The notes beneath the pieces were generated by a model, which was given only the letters and a program-made list of their open reading frames with translations, made no database searches and was not told the DNA's origin. The position numbers and the translations under genes were made by a program. DNA of 64,000 nucleotides from Acidobacteriota bacterium (GTDB taxonomy: Bacteria; Acidobacteriota; Blastocatellia; RBC074), in assembly GCA_037439425.1 (NCBI GenBank), contig JBBIWA010000022.1:1-64000 (forward strand), given 5' to 3'. Shown in pieces: positions 8,087 to 18,051 of the stretch. How positions within the stretch are numbered: the stretch's first letter is position 1; each line of letters opens with the position of its first letter.

Positions 8087-11065
8087 ATGAAGAAGAAGGT
8101 TGTGATGAAATCATTACTGGCCTTATGCGGGATGCTCATTTTATATCTCCCGGCTCTAGCTCAGGGGGTAACTCAGGTGCGCGGGCAGATAGTAGATGAG
8201 CTGGATGCGGTAATCCCAGGGGCTAATGTGACACTGGTTTCCCCTGATGGCAAGCAGCGCTCGACTGTGACCAATGCTGCTGGCGAGTTTGTTTTTACCA
8301 ATGTCAGTCCAGGCACCTTTAACCTGGTGGTAGAATTTAAAGGATTCCAAACTCACATCGAGAACGATCTCAAAGTCCCGCTCGCTCAGTCGCCGCTCAA
8401 GATTGTGATGAGAGTAGCAGCGGTCAATGTCGAGACTGAAGTCACCAGCGAGAATCAAGGAGTATCGGTTGAGCCGGACCAGAACATGAGCGCGATCGTT
8501 CTAGGTGAGGAATTCATCCAGACCTTACCGGACAATGAAGAGGACTTGCGCGCTTATCTGGAGGCGCTGGCCGGACCGGCTGCCGGTGGCGCTACGGGCG
8601 GCCAGGGCGGTGTGCAGATTCTGGTGGACGGTTTCAGCGGTGGCCGCTTGCCGCCGCGTGAAGCCATTATGCAAATTCGCATTAACCAGACTCCTTTCTC
8701 CGCCGAGTTCTCCAATCCGGGGTTCAATCGTATTGAGATCATCACCCGGCCGGGCAATGATCGCTGGCGTGGCAATGTCAATCTCGGCTTCCGCAACTCA
8801 GCGCTGGATGCGCGCAACGCTTTTGCGCTGACCAAACCGGAGCTGGATCAGAAGCGTTACGCGCTTTACTTCGGTGGTCCGATCGTTCGCAAGAAGATGT
8901 CCTTCTCGATCAATGCTGAGCGCACCATGCTTGATGGCAGCGGAACCGTGCGCGCGCAAACGCTCAGCGGGCCGTTCGTTGCCAATGTGCCATCGCCATT
9001 TGAGAACTTCTTCTTCGGCGTGCGCGCCGATTACCTGATCAATAACCGGAACACGCTCAATCTCAACTACAACTATCGTTCATCCGAGAGACAAAACACA
9101 GAGTTCGCCGTGCGGTTTGGCGGCGGCTTCGGTGGCTTTGGCGGTGGTTTCGGTGGTGGTGGCGGCGGTGGCGGCAATAACTTTTATCTGCCGGAGCGCA
9201 CCTCGAACAACGAAAGCGGAGGTCATACGCTGCGGCTGGCAGAAACCTTTATCGTCAACTCGCGGCTGATTCACGAAGCGCGATTGCAAGTTGAATATAA
9301 TACGAGCGAGTCGACAGCTAATGGTCAGGGTGTGGCGATCAATGTCCTGGATGCCTTCTTCGGTGGTGGTTCGACCTGTTGTCCGAACCGATCGCGCACC
9401 AGCACCGTCGAGTACCAGGACTACCTGACTTTCACCTACAAGAAACACACTATCAAAGGTGGCTTCCAGATCGAGTATGAAAACATCCGGGACTTGAGCG
9501 CGAACAATTTCAACGGGACTTATACCTTCTCCAGTCTGGAGCAGTATCGCCGCGTCCTCAATGGCGAGCGCATCAATCCCAATGATCCCAACAGCCCGCT
9601 CGTGCGCCCGACCCAGTTCACAATTAATCGTGGCGACCCGCTGATTCAGTACAGCCAGTACGAAGCTTCCTGGTTCATTCAGGATGATATTCGAGTGAGC
9701 CAGTCGTTCACGCTTTCGGTGGGATTGCGTCATGAGTTCCAGAATCATCTGGGCGACAAAATCAACTTCGCTCCCCGCCTTGGCATCGCCTGGTCGCCCT
9801 TCAAGGATCGCAAGACTACCATCCGCGCTGGCGGCGGTGTTTTCTATAACCGTTTGAGTGGCAACCTGTATGAAAATACGCTGCGCTACAATGGCGTCCG
9901 GCAGGAGAGTATTATCATTCGCAACCCGATCTTTAATCCCGAAGACCCCCTCGCTGGTGACCCGGTAATTGACCGGCAGCGCACGATCATTCGGGTGCTG
10001 GACCCCAAGCTGAAAGCGCCCTATTCGATCAACTTCAACGTCGATGTTGAACGGCAACTCCCTTGGAACGTGGTTGCCACAGTCGGCTACATTCATACGA
10101 CTGGCATTCATCAATTCCGCTCGCGCAATATCAACGCCCCCCTACCGGAGACGCACCTGCGGCCCGACCCGACGCAAGGCAACATTTACCAGATCGAATC
10201 TTCTGCCCGCTCTGAATATAATGGCCTGCGTTTTGGAATCAATCGGCGTTTCAGCCCACGCCTCTTCTTCTTCGGCAACTACATGCTTTCGTGGGCTCGG
10301 AATGATTCCGACGGCGCGCTTTCGCTTCCAGCGGACAATTACAATCTGCGACCTGAATGGGGGCCGGCTTCGATTGACCGCCGGCACTTCTTCACCTTTG
10401 GTGGAAATATCACCTTGCCTTATAACTTCCGCATCGGCCCATTTATCACCATCAGCTCAGGCCGGCCATTCAATATCACCACAGGGCGCGATGATAATGG
10501 CGATACCCAGATCAATGATCGGCCAGCGGGAGTGACGCGCAATGCTGATTTGCCGCCAGGAGTGGTGGCGGCTTATCCGAATGGGCTGCGCGCCATCGGA
10601 CCGGGAGCATTCAATGTCAATCTCAACGTGAGTAAAACCTTCAGCTTCGGACAGCGGAATGGTCAGCAGGCGCAGGCCGGGCAAACCGATCCAGGCGCGG
10701 GACAGGAGCAAGGCCCTGGTGCCGGTGGACGCGGCGGGCCGGGCGGATTTGGCGGTGGACGCGGCGGGCCAGGCGGATTTGGCGGTGGTGGACGTGGTGG
10801 TCCGGGTGGATTCGGTGGTGGCGGACGCGGCGGGCCGGGTGGATTCGGTGGTGGCGGACGCGGCGGGCCAGGTGGATTTGGTGATTTCGGCGGTGGTAGT
10901 GAGAGTGGCCGCTACAGCCTCACGCTTGGCGTGAACATTACCAATCTATTCAACAACGTCAATTTGGGCCAATTCAGTGGTGTGTTGACCTCGCCTTTCT
11001 TCGGGCGAGCTAACAGTGCTGGGCCAGCTCGTCAGTTTGAGTTCTCTCTCAGATTCAGTTTCTAA
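8087..11065 (+). CDS. TonB-dependent receptor with N-terminal carboxypeptidase-regulatory-like domain and Gly-rich low-complexity insertions
   Basis: Signal peptide, CarboxypepD_reg-like N-terminus, plug-like region, beta-barrel ending in a C-terminal F (RFSF), 992 aa. Confidence 0.85.
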   Translation: MKKKVVMKSLLALCGMLILYLPALAQGVTQVRGQIVDELDAVIPGANVTLVSPDGKQRSTVTNAAGEFVFTNVSPGTFNLVVEFKGFQTHIENDLKVPLAQSPLKIVMRVAAVNVETEVTSENQGVSVEPDQNMSAIVLGEEFIQTLPDNEEDLRAYLEALAGPAAGGATGGQGGVQILVDGFSGGRLPPREAIMQIRINQTPFSAEFSNPGFNRIEIITRPGNDRWRGNVNLGFRNSALDARNAFALTKPELDQKRYALYFGGPIVRKKMSFSINAERTMLDGSGTVRAQTLSGPFVANVPSPFENFFFGVRADYLINNRNTLNLNYNYRSSERQNTEFAVRFGGGFGGFGGGFGGGGGGGGNNFYLPERTSNNESGGHTLRLAETFIVNSRLIHEARLQVEYNTSESTANGQGVAINVLDAFFGGGSTCCPNRSRTSTVEYQDYLTFTYKKHTIKGGFQIEYENIRDLSANNFNGTYTFSSLEQYRRVLNGERINPNDPNSPLVRPTQFTINRGDPLIQYSQYEASWFIQDDIRVSQSFTLSVGLRHEFQNHLGDKINFAPRLGIAWSPFKDRKTTIRAGGGVFYNRLSGNLYENTLRYNGVRQESIIIRNPIFNPEDPLAGDPVIDRQRTIIRVLDPKLKAPYSINFNVDVERQLPWNVVATVGYIHTTGIHQFRSRNINAPLPETHLRPDPTQGNIYQIESSARSEYNGLRFGINRRFSPRLFFFGNYMLSWARNDSDGALSLPADNYNLRPEWGPASIDRRHFFTFGGNITLPYNFRIGPFITISSGRPFNITTGRDDNGDTQINDRPAGVTRNADLPPGVVAAYPNGLRAIGPGAFNVNLNVSKTFSFGQRNGQQAQAGQTDPGAGQEQGPGAGGRGGPGGFGGGRGGPGGFGGGGRGGPGGFGGGGRGGPGGFGGGGRGGPGGFGDFGGGSESGRYSLTLGVNITNLFNNVNLGQFSGVLTSPFFGRANSAGPARQFEFSLRFSF
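10724..10887 (+). repeat. In-frame tandem 30-33-bp repeats encoding (GGRGGPGGFGG)x5 near the receptor C-terminus
   Basis: Five near-identical nucleotide units seen directly. A second Gly run (GGGFGGFGGGFGGGGGGGG) lies at about 9118-9180. Confidence 0.9.
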
Positions 11066-11140
11066 AAATCAGGAGGCCAGTAATCAGTGATGAGTGAAGG
11101 GTGAAGACAGCTTTTCATCCTTCGTTCATCACTTTCTATT

Positions 11141-11926
11141 ATGGACCTTGGATTGAATAACCGCGTCGCCATGGTGGCGGCCGCAAGCAAGGGGATTGGC
11201 AAAGCCTGTGCGCTGGCTCTGGCGGCTGAAGGATGCCACATCTCAATTTGCGCTCGCGGAGCGGAAGAACTACAGCGAGCCCGAGATGAGATTGCCGCGC
11301 ACAGTGAGGCGATCGCCGTCGCAGCTGATGTCGCTTCGCCAGCAGATCTGGAGAAGTGGCATCGTCAAACGGTGGAGCGTTTCGGGCAGGTAGATATTCT
11401 CATCACCAACACCGGCGGCCCGCCCGTGGCGCGCTTTATGGAGCTGAGTGATGCACAGTGGCAGGCCGGCGTGGAATCAACGCTGCTGAATGTGGTGCGC
11501 CTGTCGCGTATGGTCATCCCCGGAATGCAAGCGCGTCGCTGGGGCCGCATTATTCATCTCACCTCGCTGGTCGCCAAACAGCCGATTGACGAACTGACCA
11601 TCTCCAGCACTCTCCGCGCTGGCCTCTCGGCACTGACCAAGACGATGGCCAATCAACTGGGGCCGGACAACATTACGGTCAACGCGGTCTTGATGGGCCA
11701 GATCCTCACCGACCGGCAGTATCATCTGGCGGACAAGCGAGTGAAGGAACTGGGCATCACTTATGAACAGTATTTTGAGCAGGCTGCGGCGCAGATCCCA
11801 CTGCGCCGCATCGGCCAGCCGCGCGAGGTCGGCGAGGTGGTCGCCTTTCTGGCCTCTGAACGCGCCAGCTATATCACCGGCGTCTCACTTCAAGTTGATG
11901 GTGGATTGATTCGTGCAACGATGTGA
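11141..11926 (+). CDS. SDR family NAD(P)-dependent oxidoreductase
   Basis: Cofactor motif [13 protein letters not shown] length (261 aa), downstream catalytic region. Confidence 0.85.
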   Translation: MDLGLNNRVAMVAAASKGIGKACALALAAEGCHISICARGAEELQRARDEIAAHSEAIAVAADVASPADLEKWHRQTVERFGQVDILITNTGGPPVARFMELSDAQWQAGVESTLLNVVRLSRMVIPGMQARRWGRIIHLTSLVAKQPIDELTISSTLRAGLSALTKTMANQLGPDNITVNAVLMGQILTDRQYHLADKRVKELGITYEQYFEQAAAQIPLRRIGQPREVGEVVAFLASERASYITGVSLQVDGGLIRATM

Positions 11927-11941
11927 AATCGCGAGCGCCAA

Positions 11942-12526
11942 TTACTCGGCCAGATCGCGCGCCAGTTCTCTCCTCACTTCGCCCTCGATGGGGCTGCTAT
12001 AGCTGTAGTTCGGATGGTTGATGACCAGACGAACTTCTTTCTCTCCGCGGATGAAGTCTTCACGCTGCTTGTCGGTGAAACGGAAGCGCACATACTGCAC
12101 GGCGCTGATGCGCCGGTCATCACTCTGCCCGGCTGCGAAGACCCCTGGCAAACGCTCATCTCCGATTTGCAGGTAAGTCGCCTCACCCGTATTGACCCCA
12201 TGGAATCGGGTGATCTCCTCACGGATGCGAGCAGGGTCCTGAAGCTCGATCAGCATGGTCGCCGCCAACTCGCCCGGCTCCGGCAAGAGTTGATTGTAAG
12301 TATCTATCTCGTGCTGGATAGCAGCTTCATCCACAATTCGTTCGGCCCGCATCATCTCCTGAATCTGATGCAGCACGGTGTCGTGGTTTTCAAAAACAAA
12401 GGAGATCTCTGGGCCAACCGAGACGCGGCGGCGCTTCTTCAATTCGATAATGTGACGGCGAGACTGCTCTCGCACCTTCTCGTACTGAGCAATATCTTTG
12501 ATCTCTGAGAGGTCAACTTTCTTCAT
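11942..12526 (-). CDS. DUF3501 family protein
   Basis: Sequence pattern recalled as DUF3501. It overlaps the upstream CCG-domain gene by 4 bp, so the two are translationally coupled. Confidence 0.6.
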   Translation of the reverse strand: MKKVDLSEIKDIAQYEKVREQSRRHIIELKKRRRVSVGPEISFVFENHDTVLHQIQEMMRAERIVDEAAIQHEIDTYNQLLPEPGELAATMLIELQDPARIREEITRFHGVNTGEATYLQIGDERLPGVFAAGQSDDRRISAVQYVRFRFTDKQREDFIRGEKEVRLVINHPNYSYSSPIEGEVRRELARDLAE

Positions 12527-12529
12527 CTT

Positions 12530-13858
12530 TCACCTTTCTTCTTCTATGATCCCATAGGCCCGGGCCAGCACTTCAATCGGATGCAAGGTCTTGCGTCCGG
12601 TGCCTTGCGTGATCTGAAACCCGGCCAGTGAACAGTCCGTGGCCACAAAGTCTGCTTCGGATTCGTTCACCCCGCGATGCAGTCCGCGCGCAACCTTTTG
12701 CGCCAGATCGAAATACTCTTTCTTCATCGCCCAGGTGCCATCATGCCCGGAGCAGCCCTTGTCAATGAAAACTACTTCGGCTCCTGCCAGCCGCAGCAAT
12801 TCAATGGATCTTTGCCCGATGGCTTGATACTTCAGATGGCAGGGCTGGTGATAAGCTACTTTGCCGATTTGAACGGTGAACTCTTTTGAGAGTCGCCCTT
12901 CAGCGTTGAGCTTGACCAGATACTCTGACAGGTCAAAGAGACGCTGTGAGACTTCCTGCGCCTGCTGCTGCTGTTCACCTTTCAGGTAATCCTGATATTC
13001 CTTCTTGAGCATCATGCCACAGGTCGGTTCGGGGACGACAATGTCGTAACCTTGCCGAACGTAAGGTAGCAGCGTTTTGACGTTGTCGCGGAAATGCTCC
13101 AGCGCAGCTTCCACGCGCCCGCTATCCAGATAAGGCATCCCGCAGCAACGCTGTCCCGGCGGATTTGCGATCTCGACCTTGTTCCTTTGCAGCACGCGCA
13201 CCGTGGCGCGACCGATCTGCGGCTCATGGTAATTGACTATGCAGGTATGGAAGAGAGCCACTTTGAGACCCTCGCGATTCTGGCCTGGATCGGGCGCTTG
13301 AACCACGTTTTTCTTGAACCACCGCTCGAAGGTCTGAGCATGAAACTTCGGCAGAATCTTGGCGCGATGAATACCGAGCAATTCCTCCATCAACCAGCGA
13401 CTGACCTGACTGGAATTGGCGAAATTTACTAGCGGCGCGAAGCTGCTGGCTGCTGCGCCGACCTCATCGGGGCTGCTGAAGATCAGCTCGCGTAGGTCTA
13501 AGCCCTTCTCCCTGGCTTCAACTGCCCGCGCCCGCATCACCACCTTGGGAATATCAATTAAGAAGTTGTGTGGCGGAGTATAAGGACACTTGATGAAACA
13601 GAGCTTACAGTTGTAGCAGAGGTCTACGAACTCTTTGACTTGAGCTTCGGTCAGTTTGTCAGGATCAGCATCCACCTCTTCGCTGTCGAAATGCTCAAAG
13701 AGTTTCGGGAAGGCCGGACAGAGGTTGAAGCAGAGGCGGCAGGAATTGCAGACGTCGTACTGGCGCCGCAATTCTTTCCCTAGCGCCTTGGCATCCCAGT
13801 ATTCATCCTTGTCCCACTGAACCGGGACAGAAGTCAGATTTCCTTGCTCCAGCGCCAT
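12530..13858 (-). CDS. (Fe-S)-binding protein, HdrD/GlpC-like with two 4Fe-4S motifs and two CCG domains
   Basis: CxxCxxCxxxCP motifs (CNSCRLCFNLCP, CYNCKLCFIKCP) and CCG-type cysteine clusters (CCGMPY, CSGHDG). Confidence 0.8.
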   Translation of the reverse strand: MALEQGNLTSVPVQWDKDEYWDAKALGKELRRQYDVCNSCRLCFNLCPAFPKLFEHFDSEEVDADPDKLTEAQVKEFVDLCYNCKLCFIKCPYTPPHNFLIDIPKVVMRARAVEAREKGLDLRELIFSSPDEVGAAASSFAPLVNFANSSQVSRWLMEELLGIHRAKILPKFHAQTFERWFKKNVVQAPDPGQNREGLKVALFHTCIVNYHEPQIGRATVRVLQRNKVEIANPPGQRCCGMPYLDSGRVEAALEHFRDNVKTLLPYVRQGYDIVVPEPTCGMMLKKEYQDYLKGEQQQQAQEVSQRLFDLSEYLVKLNAEGRLSKEFTVQIGKVAYHQPCHLKYQAIGQRSIELLRLAGAEVVFIDKGCSGHDGTWAMKKEYFDLAQKVARGLHRGVNESEADFVATDCSLAGFQITQGTGRKTLHPIEVLARAYGIIEEER

Positions 13859-13949
13859 GTGAGCTAGTCATTGTGGTCATTGGTCCGTAGTTAGTTGCTT
13901 CCCCTTGCGGGGCGAGCTGCTGACGACGGCCCAATGACCACAGCCCAAA

Positions 13950-14369
13950 TTAGGAGATTGAATCCAGACCTTTCTGAAAGCGACCCGCGTGCGATTTCTC
14001 GGCGCGAGCTAGCGTCTCGAACCACTCGGCAATCTCTTCAAAACCCTCTTCGCGTGCCGTGCGGGCAAAGCCTGGATACATCTCCGTGTACTCATAAGTC
14101 TCTCCCGCGATCGCAGCCTTGAGGTTCTTCTCGGTACTGCCGAAAGGCTCGCCTGTGGCCGGATCGCCCACTTCCTTGAGAAAGTCCATATGTCCGTGCG
14201 CGTGGCCGGTCTCTCCTTCCGCTGTGTCGCGAAACAGACCGGCAATGTCCGGGTAACCTTCGACATCGGCCTGACGCGCAAAGTATAGATAACGACGATT
14301 GGCTTGCGATTCGCCCGCAAAGGCATGTTTGAGATTCTCGTGAGTTTTAGTTCCAGCTAGTTTTGGCAT
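13950..14369 (-). CDS. Rubrerythrin-family diiron protein (ferritin-like domain only, no rubredoxin domain)
   Basis: Paired ExxH diiron motifs ([24 protein letters not shown]), 139 aa. Confidence 0.85.
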   Translation of the reverse strand: MPKLAGTKTHENLKHAFAGESQANRRYLYFARQADVEGYPDIAGLFRDTAEGETGHAHGHMDFLKEVGDPATGEPFGSTEKNLKAAIAGETYEYTEMYPGFARTAREEGFEEIAEWFETLARAEKSHAGRFQKGLDSIS

Positions 14370-14445
14370 ATCATTCCTCCTCGAAAGAAGTTAATTCTCA
14401 ACTTACGTTTGAAACGCTGATGAAAGGTGAAGCGATCTGGCAGGC

Positions 14446-14938
14446 TTATGCCTGTAGATGCGCTTCGAGAAACCAGAGGGCTTTGTCCAGCCCGCGTGAA
14501 ATCTCGGTGAATAAATCAGCCGTGTCGGCGTCACCGTGACTGGCCGCTGCGTCAATCGTTGCGCGAGTGGTGGCTGCCAACTGGGCGTAGCGGACCGCTA
14601 ACGCCTCGACGCTGGGCAGGCTGGCAACCGTCTCCAGCGGATATTCGGGCAGCCGCGAGGCCTCAGCTGCCAGGCGCACAGTGCCCAGCGCCGTTCCCCC
14701 TAGCGATGTTGCCCGCTCGGCTATCAGGTCTACGTACTCTGCTGTCTCGGCGGCCAATTTATCGAACAGCTCATGCAATTGGTAAAACTGCGCGCCCTTG
14801 ACATTCCAGTGAGCCTGTTTGATCTGACTGTAGAGATCAAAGGTATCGGCAAGCTGCTGGTTGAGCAGTGCCACGATCTTTTCTCGAACCTCAGGCGCCA
14901 AGTCAATGCGCGTGCTGAATGTTTTTGCTTTCGCCATC
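14446..14938 (-). CDS. dps: Dps (DNA starvation/stationary-phase protection) ferritin-like protein
   Basis: Dps ferroxidase-centre motifs (QAHWNVKG..HELFD..EYVDLIAER). The start is set at MAKAKTF. The longer ORF-track N-terminus is translation of a repeat element. Confidence 0.85.
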
Positions 14939-15014
14939 TTGAAGCCTCCATCGGAAAATTCTGGGCAGGCACGCCTGCGGGCGTGCAGCTTTCCCTTAAG
15001 CGAGCCGCTACCAG

Positions 15015-15065
15015 AGACCAAGCACGCTAGAAGCGTGCGTACCCAGGGTTTCATCAGGGCATCGT
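15015..15065. repeat. Half-copy of the MITE/REP-like GCACGC-hairpin element (aagcacgctagaagcgtgcgtacccagggtttcatcaggg)
   Basis: Matches the right-hand end of the elements at 26546-26826, 28620-28967, 42909-43034 and 62148-62252. Confidence 0.7.
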
Positions 15066-15090
15066 CCGTATTCAAAGAAGCAACTTGGGC

Positions 15091-15525
15091 CTAACGCGAT
15101 TTAGCCGTTGGGGTCCGTCTACCGCGCCGCTGCCCCTTGCGCTGACACGCCCTGCAAGTCCCGACGAAATCCAGACGATGGTCCTCGACTTTGAAGCCGC
15201 TGCGCGTCAGTGAGGAGCGAGCCAGAGCCGCGAGCGCTTTGGTTACCGGAACGGCTGCGTCTTCAATGCTGCCGCAGAGGCGGCAGATCAGATGATAGTG
15301 AGACTCTTTGGCCAGCTCGAAGTGACTGCTGGGGTGGCCGAAGTCAATTTCGCGCACCTTACCCTGAGCCACCAGGATGCGCAGGTTGCGATAAACCGTG
15401 CCCAGACTCAGCCGCGGCAGCTTGGGTTTGGCGAGCGCATAGATCTGGTCGGCGGTCAGGTGGCCACCGTGACCCCGCATGACTTCCAGGATCGTCTCCC
15501 TCTGTTTGCTGCGTCGGTATTGCAT
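15091..15525 (-). CDS. Fur family transcriptional regulator (PerR-like by gene context)
   Basis: Fur-family HTH plus HHxxC..C metal sites (SHYHLICRLCGS, CRAC). Directly upstream of dps-rbr. Confidence 0.8.
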   Translation of the reverse strand: MQYRRSKQRETILEVMRGHGGHLTADQIYALAKPKLPRLSLGTVYRNLRILVAQGKVREIDFGHPSSHFELAKESHYHLICRLCGSIEDAAVPVTKALAALARSSLTRSGFKVEDHRLDFVGTCRACQRKGQRRGRRTPTAKSR

Positions 15526-15674
15526 CGGAGATGATCTTAACGCCTTTCAGTCCATTTGTCAACTAATTCATAATGAGAATCATTATTATTTTGGACTAGA
15601 GACAGAAAAGCGGCTCCAGCCACCGGTCCGCTCCAGACCAGGCCGGAGCCGCACGCAGAATCGGGAGCTGATCT

Positions 15675-16022
15675 TTAGACCGTGAATGAGCTGCCGCAAC
15701 CGCAGCCGCCGGTCGCGTTAGGATTAGCAAAGGTAAAGCCCGAGCCCATTACGCTGCTGACGTAGTCAATCGTGACGCCGGAGAGGTATTGAGCGCTGAA
15801 CATATCTACAAAGACGCGCAACCCCTTAGTCTCAATAATCTCATCATTGGGGGCAGGGGCCTCTTCGATGTTCATCGCGTACTGGAAGCCAGAGCAGCCG
15901 CCCGGAACCACGCGCACGCGCAGGCCCCCCTGAGGGCCTGGATTCTCCATTTCCATAAACTTCTTGACTTCCTCCGCTGCCGTATCAGTCAGCGTGATTT
16001 GAAGGGTTGATGTTGCTTCCAT
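15675..16022 (-). CDS. erpA: Fe-S cluster insertion protein ErpA/IscA (HesB family)
   Basis: A-type carrier motifs: a conserved Cys (VVPGGCSGF) and the C-terminal CGCGSSF. Confidence 0.85.
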   Translation of the reverse strand: MEATSTLQITLTDTAAEEVKKFMEMENPGPQGGLRVRVVPGGCSGFQYAMNIEEAPAPNDEIIETKGLRVFVDMFSAQYLSGVTIDYVSSVMGSGFTFANPNATGGCGCGSSFTV

Positions 16023-16178
16023 TGTCCTTTCTCCTTTTACTTGTTCTTGAACCGATTGATTGCTGAAGTCATGGCCTCTGTCCCATCAACCGGGGCCAGA
16101 GTTAAGCCACAATAATGAAGACCGCACCGTCGCCCTGGCGAGCGCAAATCATATCTGGCCGGGGCTGCTTGGGTCAAC

Positions 16179-17267
16179 TCACTTTCTCAAGTTGAGCACC
16201 GGCAAGGCCTTGTTCGCCTTGATGGCGGCGATGCTCACTTGTGCGGCGACTTTCTGAGCCACTTCGCGAAACGCGCGGGCCTGCGGGCTTTCCGGCGCGC
16301 CAATGACAATCGGGATGCCCAGGTCGCCACCTTCGCGGACGCTGATGGAAAGCGGAATCGCGCCCAAAAACGGCACGCCGTAGCGTTCAGCCAGCGCCTC
16401 ACCACCGCCATGCCCGAAGATCTCATGCCGCTCCGAGCAGTTCGGGCAGATGAAATAACTCATGTTCTCAACAATACCCAGTACTGGCACGTGCAACTGC
16501 TCGAACATATTATAAGCCTTGCGCACATCACTGAGCGAGACTTCCTGCGGCGTGGTCACCAGAATCGCTCCAGCTAGCACCACCATTTGCGCTAGACTCA
16601 ACTGCACGTCGCCTGTTCCTGGGGGCATATCCACGATCAGATAATCCAGCTCACTCCAGTCAACCTGACGCAGAAACTGCGAAACTGCCGAATGCAGCAT
16701 CGGGCCACGCCAGACGACGGCCTTATCGCCGGGATTGAGCAGTCCAATAGACATCGTCTGGACACCGTGGTAGACCGGGGGAACTATCTTCTGGCCGCGC
16801 ACCAGGGGCTGATCGTGGCCGCCCATCATAATCGGGACATTCGGGCCGTAGACGTCTGTGTCGAGAATGCCGACCTTGGCTCCAAGTTGATGCAGCGCCA
16901 CAGCCAGGTTGACGGCGACGGTTGATTTACCGACGCCACCCTTACCAGAGCTGACGGCAATGATATTGCCCACCCCTTCGATTTCGGTCTTGTCAATGGC
17001 ACCGCGCGCCTTCGGGACCTCAGCTTCCATCTTGATTTCGACCCTCTCCATGCCGGGGATGGCCATGACGGCCTGGTAGGCTTGGTCTTTCAATTGATCG
17101 CGCACGGGGCAAGCCGGGGTGGTCAGCACAAAACGAAAGCTCGCCGTGCCACCGCAGACTTTGACATCCCGGATCATATTGAGTGAAACGATATCGCGGT
17201 GCAAATCGGGGTCTTTGACCGCGCGTAAGGCTTTGAGGATTGTCTCCTCAGTGATCTTCTCGCTCAT
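16179..17267 (-). CDS. apbC: Mrp/NBP35 (ApbC) Fe-S cluster carrier ATPase with N-terminal DUF59
   Basis: Walker A motif SGKGGVGKST and the CPxC motif (CPNC). Confidence 0.9.
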   Translation of the reverse strand: MSEKITEETILKALRAVKDPDLHRDIVSLNMIRDVKVCGGTASFRFVLTTPACPVRDQLKDQAYQAVMAIPGMERVEIKMEAEVPKARGAIDKTEIEGVGNIIAVSSGKGGVGKSTVAVNLAVALHQLGAKVGILDTDVYGPNVPIMMGGHDQPLVRGQKIVPPVYHGVQTMSIGLLNPGDKAVVWRGPMLHSAVSQFLRQVDWSELDYLIVDMPPGTGDVQLSLAQMVVLAGAILVTTPQEVSLSDVRKAYNMFEQLHVPVLGIVENMSYFICPNCSERHEIFGHGGGEALAERYGVPFLGAIPLSISVREGGDLGIPIVIGAPESPQARAFREVAQKVAAQVSIAAIKANKALPVLNLRK

Positions 17268-17289
17268 CTAGTTCTCCCAAATAAGTGCT

Positions 17290-17961
17290 TCAATTTTGAA
17301 TAACACGCAGTGACCGCTTGCGGGGCGGCCAGATGCGGTACTCGCATACTGGTGCGCCGTCAGCGATGCGACATTCGCGCACGACGTCGCAGCCGAGGGC
17401 TTCGCGGTAAATGCGCAGCTCTTCTTGGCACACTTGCGGATAAGCGACTGCTACGTTCTCGGTTGGACAGTTACGTTGGCGTAACCGGTAGCTGCCGTCT
17501 TTCAAACGCCGAGCCTCGGCCAGATAACCTTTTTCGCTGATGATTTTGGCCAGGCGCCTGACTTGCTCATCAAAACTCAAGCCGGCAAATTCCCGTTTGA
17601 GTTGCTCAATCAGCGCCTCGCCGCGACCGCTGATGATGCGCTGCAGGCCACGCTCGCCAAATGTCTTCTGCACCTGCCCGAGCACTTCCAGTGCAAACTG
17701 ATCATAGGTGCGCTGAAACAAGCAATCAGCTTTGGCCGTCAGGCGGTAGAGGTACCGCGGGCGGCCACGTTCACCCTGTTCGAGCTCATAACAGATCAAT
17801 CCATCGCTCCGGAGCACACTCAGGTGTCGCCTGACGCAAACACTTGACACTTCAAGCAGGCGCGCCAGTTGCTCAGCGCTCAGCGCGCCGTGAGTCTTGA
17901 GCAGAGCTACGATCGCGCTCCTAGATTCTTTCAGGATGTTCTCTACCGCAGCCGCAGGCAT
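17290..17961 (-). CDS. Winged-helix transcriptional regulator with C-terminal Cys cluster (SufR-like)
   Basis: N-terminal ArsR/DeoR-like wHTH and a C-terminal C-x12-C-x13-C region. Lies upstream of apbC-erpA. Confidence 0.5.
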   Translation of the reverse strand: MPAAAVENILKESRSAIVALLKTHGALSAEQLARLLEVSSVCVRRHLSVLRSDGLICYELEQGERGRPRYLYRLTAKADCLFQRTYDQFALEVLGQVQKTFGERGLQRIISGRGEALIEQLKREFAGLSFDEQVRRLAKIISEKGYLAEARRLKDGSYRLRQRNCPTENVAVAYPQVCQEELRIYREALGCDVVRECRIADGAPVCEYRIWPPRKRSLRVIQN

Positions 17962-18051
17962 ACCTCACGCGATAATAGAGAAAGGGCTGGACTTTTGTCA
18001 ATATTTTGGTTATTAAAAGCAGGGTGCGCTACTCTCTAGGATAAGAGGCGA

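Noticed and set aside
9080-10114. 344-aa minus-strand ORF inside the TonB receptor gene, and similar long antisense ORFs (6251..7000, 18385..19278, 19309..19803, 35079..35933, 45817..46656, 54359..54877, 29015..29623)
   Set aside because: They are antisense or alternative-frame ORFs within confidently assigned genes. High GC inflates spurious ORFs. No motifs were recognised.
14939-15075. Long N-terminal extensions of dps (209 aa), ornithine cyclodeaminase (361 aa), di-heme protein (435 aa) and ECF sigma (225 aa) given in the ORF track
   Set aside because: The extensions run through repeat elements or the 10-mer tandem repeat. Internal Met codons at conserved family N-termini are the likely starts.
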